This document shows, one piece after another, positions 50,588 to 58,916 of a stretch of 64,000 bases of DNA. The stretch is taken from NCBI GenBank assembly GCA_023257515.1, contig JALRCA010000075.1:2707-66706 (forward strand). Direction: 5' to 3'. This stretch comes from Aeromicrobium sp. Lineage in GTDB: Bacteria; Actinomycetota; Actinomycetes; Propionibacteriales; Nocardioidaceae. Position 1 is the first letter of the stretch, and the number at the start of each line of letters is the position of its first letter. The notes below the pieces were generated by a model that was not told the DNA's origin, searched no databases, and was given only the letters and a program-made list of their open reading frames with translations. A program made the position numbers and the translations under genes.

Positions 50588-50616
50588 GCCTGCCGCGCCA
50601 CCGCAGCTTTGTCACA

Positions 50617-51495
50617 ATGGCGGTCGTGCGTCCTGGGATCCTCGTGCTCGTGCTCGTGTGCGGCCTGCTGTCGGCGTGCCAGGGTCGCTCGACCAGCTGC
50701 GGTCCGGACTTCGGCACCGGGACGTCGTCCCACGAGGTCACCGTCGACGGTGAGAAGCGGGCCTACACGGTCCACGTGCCCGAGAAGATCGGCTCCGAGC
50801 GCGTGCCGGTCGTCTACCTGTTCCACGGTCTCGGTGACCAGTCCGGCACCGTCATCAAGCAGACTCGCACCGACGCGATGTCCGACGACCGCAACGCCCT
50901 CCTGGTCGCACCGCAGGCCGCGGGCGAGAAGAGGGCGTGGGACGTGTACGGGATCGCGACCGACCAGGGCAAGGACGCGAGGTTCGTCGACGAGCTCAAG
51001 CGCCGCATCTCCGGCCTCGGCTGCGTCGACAAGGACCGCCAGTACGTCGCCGGCATGTCGAACGGGTCAGGCGTGAGCTTCGCCCTCGCCTGCCGCGGCG
51101 GCTACGCCGGCTACGCCGGGGTCGCGCTGACCTTCTTCATGGAGGAGTGCGACGACGCCCCGCCCGCGTCGATCCTCTACGTGCACGGGACGGCCGACAA
51201 GTACGTACCGTTCCAGGGGGGTCAGACCCCGATCTTCCCCGTTGCGCCGGCCACCCGCGTGATCCGCCAGTGGGCCGACCACGACCGGTGCGGGACGACG
51301 CCGGGCGGTGAGGAGATCGGCGGCGACACGACCCTCTACGCCTGGGACGACTGCGCCGACGACACGCGCCTGCACTACTACGTCGTCCGCGGCGGCGGCC
51401 ACACCTGGCCGGGCTCGAGCGCCATCCCGCCGCTCGGCAAGACCACCACGAGCTTCAGCGCGACGCGCGTCATGGCCGACTTCTTCAAGCTCTGA
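50617..51495 (+). CDS. Lipoprotein esterase (LpqC/LpqP, PHB-depolymerase-like)
   Basis: Lipobox LSA/C, FHG, GMSNG, HGTAD, GGGHTWPG. Confidence 0.88.
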   Translation: MAVVRPGILVLVLVCGLLSACQGRSTSCGPDFGTGTSSHEVTVDGEKRAYTVHVPEKIGSERVPVVYLFHGLGDQSGTVIKQTRTDAMSDDRNALLVAPQAAGEKRAWDVYGIATDQGKDARFVDELKRRISGLGCVDKDRQYVAGMSNGSGVSFALACRGGYAGYAGVALTFFMEECDDAPPASILYVHGTADKYVPFQGGQTPIFPVAPATRVIRQWADHDRCGTTPGGEEIGGDTTLYAWDDCADDTRLHYYVVRGGGHTWPGSSAIPPLGKTTTSFSATRVMADFFKL

Positions 51496-51552
51496 CCGCC
51501 ACCCCGCCCCCGCGGCCCCGCGATGCCCCCACCCCACCACCCCCCGATTTGT

Positions 51553-51594
51553 CGAGTTCGATCGCCATACGGCGCTTCTTCGCGATCGAACTCG
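51553..51594. repeat. Intergenic palindromic element
   Basis: Perfect 13-bp arms CGAGTTCGATCGC / GCGATCGAACTCG with a 16-nt loop. Confidence 0.55.
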
Positions 51595-51626
51595 CCACAT
51601 CACGAGGGCGTAGGAGGATCGAGGAC

Positions 51627-52001
51627 ATGCGCGTGACGGTTCGGCGCTCGATGACGGGCTCGGTCCAGGCGGTGTGGGACGTCCTGACCGACCTCGACGC
51701 GTGGCCCGCATGGGGGCCGTCCGTGCGCGGCGCCCGGCTCGACGACGCGACCGAGCTGGCCACCGGCGTGACCGGCACCGTCACCACCGCGATCGGCCTC
51801 CCGCTGCCATTCACGATCACCACGTTCCGGCCCGGCAAGGAGTGGGCCTGGCGTGTCGCGGGCGTCCCGGCCACCTCGCACGGCGTCACGACGGACGACC
51901 GCGGTACGGTCGCCTGGATGAGCGCGCCCGTCTGGGCGCCCGCCTACCTGCCGGTCCTCGCCCTCGCCCTGCGCCGCATCGACGACCTGACCCGACCGTG
52001 A
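51627..52001 (+). CDS. SRPBCC-family protein
   Basis: VWDVLTDLDAWPAWGPSV, WAWRVAG; GAGG SD. Confidence 0.85.
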   Translation: MRVTVRRSMTGSVQAVWDVLTDLDAWPAWGPSVRGARLDDATELATGVTGTVTTAIGLPLPFTITTFRPGKEWAWRVAGVPATSHGVTTDDRGTVAWMSAPVWAPAYLPVLALALRRIDDLTRP

Positions 52002-52035
52002 GCGCGAGCGGCCCGGTAGATTGACCACGTCCCGG

Positions 52036-52111
52036 GCCCCCGTAGCTCAGGGGATAGAGCAACGGTTTCCTAAACCGCAGGTCGCAGGTTCGAATCCTGC
52101 CGGGGGCACCA
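52036..52111 (+). tRNA. tRNA-Arg (anticodon CCT)
   Basis: GCCCCCGTAGCTCAGGGGATAGAGCAACGGTTT-CCT-AAACCGCAGGTCGCAGGTTCGAATCCTGCCGGGGGCACCA. Confidence 0.97.
52067..52111 (+). repeat. attL core
   Basis: TTCCTAAACCGCAGGTCGCAGGTTCGAATCCTGCCGGGGGCACCA, starting at the anticodon loop. Confidence 0.95.
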
Positions 52112-52266
52112 CTGGAATCACTGAGGGTTCGGCGAATCCCATCAACGGGTCCGAGTGGCTTAAGCGTTTCAAGACCACTCTGAGACCACATTGGCCGAGA
52201 ATCACGCCACGAAATCGGCTCGTAGCGGCTCACGCCGAACCGCTGCGGCGCTACCCGTATCGGCGG

Positions 52267-52435
52267 TACAGTGGTGGCACGCCGCCAGCGCGGCAGACAA
52301 CTGAACAGCCCATGACGCAGGGTCAATGCGTCGACACAGCCGGGAGGCACCTAATCGCGAGGATGCGATTTAGTGCCACCGGCATTTTTTGTTCCTCCTC
52401 ACGACTGGGTGCGGCCCCAGTCAAGGAGGAACACC
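52267..52435 (+). promoter_or_regulatory. Structured leader of the xis-rep operon (promoter, terminator, SD-sequestering hairpin)
   Basis: -10 TACAGT at 52267; stem 52339-52383 followed by ATTTTTTG; TGTTCCTCCT (52390) pairs with AGGAGGAACA (52424-52433). Confidence 0.7.
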
Positions 52436-52621
52436 ATGCCTGCCAAGCGAAGCGTCAAGAACGAGGCGCTGCTGAACAACCGTCAAGCCGCCGAACGACT
52501 CAACGTCAGCGTGTCCACCATCAAGCGGATGCGGTACTCCGGCGAGTTGCCAACCATCGAGGTCCGAGGCTCGCGGCGCATTCCGCTGTCGGCCATCGAG
52601 TCGATCCTCCGCGGCGAGTGA
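52436..52621 (+). CDS. Excisionase/AlpA-like HTH_17 protein
   Basis: LLNNRQAAERLNVSVSTIKRMRYSGELPTIEVRGSRRIP; AAGGAGG SD. Confidence 0.88.
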   Translation: MPAKRSVKNEALLNNRQAAERLNVSVSTIKRMRYSGELPTIEVRGSRRIPLSAIESILRGE

Positions 52622-52717
52622 ACGCCGCACGTCACTCGTCCCGCGCGGTGCCTGCACGCCGTCACGCGGGACGAGGACTCAACCACCCACTGCCGGTCGG
52701 ACGGGAGTAACACCATC

Positions 52718-55003
52718 ATGCAGAAGAAGAAGCAAAGCGTGCGGAGCGACGAGGGCGACACTGCAAAGGACCTGAGTTTTGATCCAGCCGAACTGACCTC
52801 CGGCCCCTCAACTGCCACCGAGCAGGACAGCCTGATCGATGCGCTGAAGTCGGAAAGCGGCATCAAGAAGAAGATCGCCAAGGAGCGCGGCTATCGCCGG
52901 GTGCACGAGCCTGCGGAACTTCAGAAGATGGGCTTCAGCCCCAAGAAGGCCTCGCGCATCGTGCCGGGCATTGAGATTCCGCTGTACGGTCCGGACGGTG
53001 ATCGGCTCGGTCAGGATTTCCGACCCGACCACCCAGAGGTGGACAAGCGGACTGGTAAGCCGAGGAAGTACGACAAGCCCCAGGGCACGCGCAACGTCGT
53101 GGACGTTCACCCGTCCTTGCGGGAAACGATCGCTGACCCTGCTGTGGACCTGTGGATCACGGAGGGGATCAAGAAGGCCGACTCGGCCGTGTCCCAGGGC
53201 CTTTGCTGCATCGGGCTTAGCGGCGTCGACAACTTCGTCTACAAGCCGAACGGTTCGAGGAACCCCGCTGAACCTTGCCCGGAGTGGGACGCAATCGCGC
53301 TGGCTGGTCGTCGCGTCTTCGTCGCCTACGACAGTGATTCGGCAAGCAACCCGCGCGTGCAGGCGGCTCGCCACCGCCTGACCGAGTTCTTGATGAGCCG
53401 CAACGTCGGCGAGGTGCTGTGGGTGGACCCGCCCGCCGAGGGCGACGCGAAGGTCGGTCTCGACGACTACTTCGTCGGCGGGGGCACCGTCGAAGCGTTG
53501 AAGGCTTCGGCTCATCCGCCCGTCGAGGAGGAAAAGGGGCAGAAGCAGAACCTTGCCGGGACGGTCATCGGGTGGGTTGAGCAGCACTACGAGCTGTTCT
53601 CAACACCCCAAGGCTCGGCATTCGCCGTGCCCTGCGAGGGCGCGAAGATCCCGGTGGAGTTTCCGGAGACTGGTGGCAGCCTCACCAACAAGGTCCGCAA
53701 TGAGATCTACACGGAGACCGGCAAGACCATCAACAAGAGCACGGTCTCGGACGCGATGGGGATCATCCATCAGAGGGCGTTGAACGGGACGCGGGTCGAA
53801 TTGCACTTGCGGGTCGCGCGAGTGGACGACGACACCCGAGTCATTGACCTCGCGGAGCCGGATACGACGAGATGCATCGTCGTGACGCCGGACGGCTGGG
53901 TGGTACATCCGGAGCCTCCGCCCGGCATCTATTTCAAGCGACAGAGAGGGCAGGCTCTCCCCGACCCGACGCGGGGAGCCAAGAACTCGGCGGAGCCCGG
54001 TACGGGCCGCAAGGCTCTGGCGAAGATTCTGGGCTGGAAGCCGAAGTCGCGTGAGTTCCTGCTGGCCTGGTCGTGGGCGGTGGTTGCTCCGCTCGCCGAG
54101 ATTCAGCGCCCAATGATCTTCCTAGTTGGTGCGCCTGGCTCGGCGAAGACGTTTCGCGGGCTCGCCCTGATCGGAGTCTGGGACCCGCGACCCGCATTGG
54201 GCTCGGCCTTTGGCAAGAACCTGGACGACGACCAGGTGAAAGCCAACGGCCAGTTCCTGCTCGGGTACGACAATGTGTCGCGCATCAGTGAAGCCCAATC
54301 CGATCACATCTGCCGCGTCGTGACAGGTGACAGCCCCGAGAAGCGTGCCTTGTATACCGATGACGCGCTCCATCAGATGTACTACCGGCGCACGGGAGTC
54401 ATGACCTCCGTGTCGATGCCCACCGGTGTGAAGGCCGACGCGATGGAACGGCTCATCCCGCTCGATGCGTCGCGGCTCAAGAAGTACAAGTCCGAGAGCA
54501 AGCTCGTTCAAGAACTCAACGCGGTCCGCCCGGCGATCCTGGCGGACGTGCTCGACGGGCTAGTCCGCGTGCTCGCCGGGCTTCGTGACCGCCGCGGCGA
54601 CGACGACGCAATGACTGCGCAGCGAATGGCGGAGTACTGGCTCGCCTTGGACTGCCTCGGCCGCGCCTACTCGGAGGCCTTCGAGGAGCACAACCGTGAG
54701 GGCATGGTCGAAATGGCCGAGAACGATCCGTGGATCAAGTCGGTGGCCGGTTGGGTCAGCAGCCTGCCGAACGGAGAGTTCGTTGGGTCGCCGCGAGAAG
54801 GCTTCGAGTCGTACGGCGACTACCTCGCGAACACGTCGGTGCTGTCGAGCAGTCGCATCGAGGAGTCACGGCTGCCAAAGAATCCGGGCGCACTGTCTCG
54901 TGCGATGCAGAACAACACCACGCCGTTGCGGGCTGTGGGCGTGTGGTTTGAGAACGGACGCTCGAACGGTGAGCGCCGCTGGACCATCCGGGTGCAGAGA
55001 TGA
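52718..55003 (+). CDS. Primase-helicase replication protein (DUF3854 TOPRIM + P-loop domain)
   Basis: WITEGIKKAD, IGLSGV, VAYDSD, GLDDY; Walker A GAPGSAKT, Walker B-like GYDNVS, KRALYTD. Confidence 0.85.
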   Translation: MQKKKQSVRSDEGDTAKDLSFDPAELTSGPSTATEQDSLIDALKSESGIKKKIAKERGYRRVHEPAELQKMGFSPKKASRIVPGIEIPLYGPDGDRLGQDFRPDHPEVDKRTGKPRKYDKPQGTRNVVDVHPSLRETIADPAVDLWITEGIKKADSAVSQGLCCIGLSGVDNFVYKPNGSRNPAEPCPEWDAIALAGRRVFVAYDSDSASNPRVQAARHRLTEFLMSRNVGEVLWVDPPAEGDAKVGLDDYFVGGGTVEALKASAHPPVEEEKGQKQNLAGTVIGWVEQHYELFSTPQGSAFAVPCEGAKIPVEFPETGGSLTNKVRNEIYTETGKTINKSTVSDAMGIIHQRALNGTRVELHLRVARVDDDTRVIDLAEPDTTRCIVVTPDGWVVHPEPPPGIYFKRQRGQALPDPTRGAKNSAEPGTGRKALAKILGWKPKSREFLLAWSWAVVAPLAEIQRPMIFLVGAPGSAKTFRGLALIGVWDPRPALGSAFGKNLDDDQVKANGQFLLGYDNVSRISEAQSDHICRVVTGDSPEKRALYTDDALHQMYYRRTGVMTSVSMPTGVKADAMERLIPLDASRLKKYKSESKLVQELNAVRPAILADVLDGLVRVLAGLRDRRGDDDAMTAQRMAEYWLALDCLGRAYSEAFEEHNREGMVEMAENDPWIKSVAGWVSSLPNGEFVGSPREGFESYGDYLANTSVLSSSRIEESRLPKNPGALSRAMQNNTTPLRAVGVWFENGRSNGERRWTIRVQR

Positions 55004-55036
55004 AGTGCCACTCCATGTTTCCAAGTAGGCCGCGAG

Positions 55037-55319
55037 TGTCGGCACTTGCGACCCTCGAAGTGCCGACAGTGCCGACATTGGTCCCAGCAGTGCCGACAGT
55101 TGCAGCGGCAGTGCCGACAAGAGTGCCGACACCAGCCGTGCATTCTGCCCTGCCATCACTGGGATTCAGGCCGAAAAGTGCCGACAGTGCCGACATTTGC
55201 GGCGATCCCTACCTAACGAAGACTGAAGAGGGATCATCGCGGGCGCGTCTGAAGACGAAGTGCCTGAAGACCTTCGCAAGTCAGCCGCAAGTGTCGGCAC
55301 TGGCGACCCTGTCGGCACT
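55037..55319. repeat. Iteron array, putative replication origin
   Basis: Ten AGTGCCGACA copies: forward at 55059, 55068, 55089, 55110, 55122, 55177, 55186; reverse at 55037, 55292, 55310. Confidence 0.8.
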
Positions 55320-55346
55320 GCCCGGAGCGCGAGAGCGGTGCGCGAG

Positions 55347-55526
55347 ATGAGTGCGTTGGTGGTGGTGCTCGTGACGTCGGCTCTCGTGCTGGCGGGCTCG
55401 ATCGGCGCGGTGCTCGCGTCCGACGCGCGGTGGTGGACGGGCCGCACGGATGTGCGGGTGCTCGTGCTGGTGACCTACGCGGCTGCAGAGGTCGCGGTGC
55501 TGTCGTCCCTTGCGGCGACGGTCTGA
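55347..55526 (+). CDS. Small 2-TM membrane protein (59 aa)
   Basis: MSALVVVLVTSALVLAGSIGAVLA...VLVLVTYAAAEVAVLSSLAATV. Confidence 0.5.
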   Translation: MSALVVVLVTSALVLAGSIGAVLASDARWWTGRTDVRVLVLVTYAAAEVAVLSSLAATV

Positions 55527-55541
55527 GAAAGGAGCGGTGAG

Positions 55542-56102
55542 ATGGGCAAGCGGCAACGCAAGAAGTTGGACGGTCTCGTGGAGGCCCGGAAGTGCACGGC
55601 CAGGAAGAAGGACGGCACCCCATGCAAGCGTCCACCCATCAAGGGCGGATCGGTCTGTATGAGTCATGGAGGGGCGGCTCCGCAGGTGCGACGCAAGGCC
55701 AACGAGCGGCTCCTGCAGGGCGTGCCGAAGATGCTCACGGAGTTGAAGCGCCTCGCGACGGATGAGTCGATGCCGCCGAACGTGCGGCTGGCAGCGATCC
55801 GAGACTGGCTTGATCGTGCGGGCATCGGTGAGGCGATGAAGGCGGAGGTCACGCTGAACGCGGCTCCGTGGGAGCAGGCTCTCGGAGAGGTGTTCCTCCA
55901 GTTCGACGCTGACGGCGACGAGCCCATCACCCTGAGCCCGGACGACGACGGTGCGTACGTGCCGGACGAGAAGGATGCTCGCTGGGAGGGCATGCCGCGT
56001 CGTCAGCCCACGGGCGACCCGCGCCCTGCCGACCCGCCACCGCCACGGCGTCGCCGCCCGGACTTCGGGGAGCCCAACGCGCCGGGCTACGCCAGCCCCT
56101 AG
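55542..56102 (+). CDS. Terminase small subunit-like protein (C-C-C-HGG zinc motif, HGGxSTG-like)
   Basis: KCTARKKDGTPCKRPPIKGGSVCMSHGGAAPQVRRKA and RLAAIRDWLDRAG, resembling actinophage TerS-annotated proteins; AAAGGAG SD. Confidence 0.65.
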   Translation: MGKRQRKKLDGLVEARKCTARKKDGTPCKRPPIKGGSVCMSHGGAAPQVRRKANERLLQGVPKMLTELKRLATDESMPPNVRLAAIRDWLDRAGIGEAMKAEVTLNAAPWEQALGEVFLQFDADGDEPITLSPDDDGAYVPDEKDARWEGMPRRQPTGDPRPADPPPPRRRRPDFGEPNAPGYASP

Positions 56103-56361
56103 AACGCTGACCAGCCCCGGCAGGCAGCCCAGCGGCCACGCGGCACTCTTCACGCCGCAGACGCCGATCCGAGGCTGACGACGGCCTCTCAGTGGTCGCC
56201 AGGTGGTCGTACGACCTCGCCGGCCGAAGTCAGAGCAGGCCAGCGTCGCTCAGCCACTCAGGTACCTCAACCGTGTGCCGAGATGGAGCGCCGAGACATC
56301 TGCCCTCCACGCCGCCCGCTCTGCAGGGTGGTCGCCCAACCGATTTGAAGTAGGTGAAGTC

Positions 56362-57585
56362 ATGACAGATAAGAAGACCGGCACGGTCGAGGGCCGCGCG
56401 GGGGTGCGCTGGCGGGTGTCCAAACTGGGCAAGAAGACGTACGAAGCGCGCTGGCGAGATAGCTCGGGCAAGTTGCAGTCGAAGGGCGGCTTCCCCACGG
56501 CGAAGGCCGCAGCCGAGTTCCGCGAAGACGTACAGAGTGAGATGCGCAAAGGGTGGACCGGAGACGTGGCCGCGCAGCGCCGCACGTGGGACGAGGTCGC
56601 TGCCGACTGGCTGGCGTCCAAGCGATCGAGACGCACTAAGCGTCGGACGCTGGAGGGATACGAGCGAATCCTCCGGCAGCACTACGCGCCCTGGAACGGA
56701 CGTCGAATCGGGAGTATCACTCCGACCGATGTCACGCGCCTCATCGAGTCGTGCACGAGGGCGGACGGCGGCGAACTCGGAACTCTCACGATCCACAACA
56801 TTTTCAACGTGGCGAGTTCCGTCTTTGACTACGCCTTGCGCCACGACGTCGTCCGATCGAACCCGGCGCGCGTCGTCCGGGAGGACCTACCGGAGAGGGC
56901 CGAGGCGATGGAGAGCGCCAAGGAGCGCGTCCGCTTTCTGACCGCTCAAGAGGTCAACCGCCTGGCTGAAGCCGTGCGGGTTGCTGGTCTCGCGGCGGAC
57001 AAGCGCAAGGGCATCCGGCCGGATGAACTCAAGGCTGAAGGCGACGCGATCATGATCCGCTTCATGGCGTGGACTGGACTTCGGCGCGGCGAGGTTGCCG
57101 GGCTGCGGGTGCGCCACCTGAACCCGCTACGCAACACCGTGCGCGTCGAAGAGACGGTCGTCAGGAGCAAGGAAGCCGGGTGGGTGGTTGAGACCCCGAA
57201 GACGCAGCGGAGTCGCCGAACCGTCCCGGTGCCGCCCACGCTCATGCGACAAGTTCTGGACTTCACCCAGCGCAAGGGCAGCGGCCCGGAGGACTACGTG
57301 TGGGGTCGGGGCTCGCAGCCGCGCGACCTGGCGAGTTTCTACCGCCGACGCTTTACTCCAGCCGCTCGCGCCGCTGGGCTCGCACCCATGCGCATTCACG
57401 ATCTGCGGCACACCTACGCCAGCCTCATGTCTCACCAGGGGCACCGAATGGTGGAGATCTCCAAGTGGATGGGGCACGCGAACGTCGCGTTCACGGCACA
57501 GACCTACACGCATCTATTCGAGGATGCGGAGAGCGAGGCTGAGCGCAGCGCCCGGCTCGACGCGGCGTTCCTCGCGGGCGGCTGA
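56362..57585 (+). CDS. int: Tyrosine integrase
   Basis: N-terminal arm domain YEARWRD...GGFPTAKAA; TGLRRGE, PKT, HDLRH, MGH, TYTHL: catalytic R-K-H-R-H-Y set intact. Confidence 0.95.
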   Translation: MTDKKTGTVEGRAGVRWRVSKLGKKTYEARWRDSSGKLQSKGGFPTAKAAAEFREDVQSEMRKGWTGDVAAQRRTWDEVAADWLASKRSRRTKRRTLEGYERILRQHYAPWNGRRIGSITPTDVTRLIESCTRADGGELGTLTIHNIFNVASSVFDYALRHDVVRSNPARVVREDLPERAEAMESAKERVRFLTAQEVNRLAEAVRVAGLAADKRKGIRPDELKAEGDAIMIRFMAWTGLRRGEVAGLRVRHLNPLRNTVRVEETVVRSKEAGWVVETPKTQRSRRTVPVPPTLMRQVLDFTQRKGSGPEDYVWGRGSQPRDLASFYRRRFTPAARAAGLAPMRIHDLRHTYASLMSHQGHRMVEISKWMGHANVAFTAQTYTHLFEDAESEAERSARLDAAFLAGG

Positions 57586-57586
57586 G

Positions 57587-58681
57587 CTAGGAAATCGCTG
57601 CGTTCATCGCGGTCGACCAGCGCTCCATGATGCCGTCCTCAAGAGTGAGCACGAACTCAAGCTCAAGCACGATGTCCTCACCGGTCTCAAGCCGCTGGGG
57701 CAGGTCATCAAGGGTGGCGGCAAAGTTCGTGATGAAACTCCGCATGTCCTGGACCGGCTTCTCGCCAGCCTTCGCCGCCAGATCGCGGGCTTCCGACAAC
57801 TCGTCCGGAACCGCTGTGCCGCGGATGTCCTCGATGACATCGAAAAATGCGGAGTACACCGCGACGAGACGCCCCGCCAGATGCTTGATGCGATCCGGAT
57901 TGCCGGGCTCGCCCATCTCTCCGAACGCACGGGTCTGGGCCTCCTGCCCGAGCACCGCTCCGAACTGGTCTGCGAGCGCGAGGAAGCGTGACGTCGTGGT
58001 CCGAAGGAACTCGTGTGCGGGCTGGAGTTCCATGAAGGTCCGCACGTTGGGTGCGTAGCCCATCTCCATGTCGAGATAACGATGCTCCTGCTTATCGAAG
58101 CCCTGCTTCAGCAGACCCGCGTAGTACATGTACTCCCAGCCCGGAGGCCGAGTAGCGAGCAACGCCTGGGTGCTCGTCTCGTCAGTGGGAACACCCGTCG
58201 TCCAGGTGGAAGGCTCACTGTCAGCATCATCGTCTTCCGGTGATGCTTTGGCCTTGCCCACCTTCAACTTGATCGCGTCCGCGATGCCCTGAGATCCTTC
58301 ACGGCGCTGATCGAGATAACCCACGGTGTCCAGGAGCCCGGGGAGGTCGGTCCCATCCAGTCGAACGGGAAGCGCGTAGGCAGAGTGCTCGTTCAGGGCG
58401 CGAGACAGGATGCTCCGGCGTTCGTGACGCGTCCACATCTTTCGCGAGTATGCCTCCGACACGAAGATGACAGCGAACCGCGCCTCCCTCGTGTAGATGT
58501 TCTGGAAGTACTCGACTAGGTCCTCGCCCCAGGACTCCACCTTGTAGTCCTCGTCGTAGAAGACTTCGAGGTCAGTTCCGGCCTTCGCGCGGTTCACCAC
58601 ATCCTCAACGAGCGCGCGGTCTTCTCCGGCGAAGGAGACGGCGATGTCGAAGCGGTAGTCGGGCGCAGGCTGGTCGCTCAT
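57587..58681 (-). CDS. TIR-domain protein with an uncharacterised helical C-terminal domain
   Basis: FDIAVSFAGEDR, VFYD, IFVSEAYSRKMWTRHE (catalytic Glu position), LPVRLD...LPGL. Confidence 0.9.
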   Translation of the reverse strand: MSDQPAPDYRFDIAVSFAGEDRALVEDVVNRAKAGTDLEVFYDEDYKVESWGEDLVEYFQNIYTREARFAVIFVSEAYSRKMWTRHERRSILSRALNEHSAYALPVRLDGTDLPGLLDTVGYLDQRREGSQGIADAIKLKVGKAKASPEDDDADSEPSTWTTGVPTDETSTQALLATRPPGWEYMYYAGLLKQGFDKQEHRYLDMEMGYAPNVRTFMELQPAHEFLRTTTSRFLALADQFGAVLGQEAQTRAFGEMGEPGNPDRIKHLAGRLVAVYSAFFDVIEDIRGTAVPDELSEARDLAAKAGEKPVQDMRSFITNFAATLDDLPQRLETGEDIVLELEFVLTLEDGIMERWSTAMNAAIS

Positions 58682-58916
58682 GGTCCGATGCTTGCACGTG
58701 CCTCCGACACTGACCCGCACTACGCAACCGAAGGTCGATGCGCACCTGGCCTGCGGCTTTTCTCGCCCACGACGTCGCAAGACCGCAGCCCGACCAATTC
58801 CCAGGGTCGCTCAGTTCAGATCGGCCGAACGCTTGGCGCGCGAAATGCCGAGCGGATAGGAGGCATCGTGCTCGTGCGCGTCGGTAATCTGGCCGGACCT
58901 TGGGATTGGAGAACGG

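Noticed and set aside
52021-52710. ORFs overlapping tRNA-Arg and tRNA-Ala (for example 52021-52710 and 31282-31773)
   Set aside because: Spurious translations of tRNA sequence.
55037-55319. CRISPR array
   Set aside because: Repeats are only 10 bp, irregularly spaced and in both orientations, and there are no cas genes; iterons fit better.
55000-55350. 116-aa ORF (VPTVPT...) as a real protein
   Set aside because: The peptide repeats simply translate the DNA iterons.
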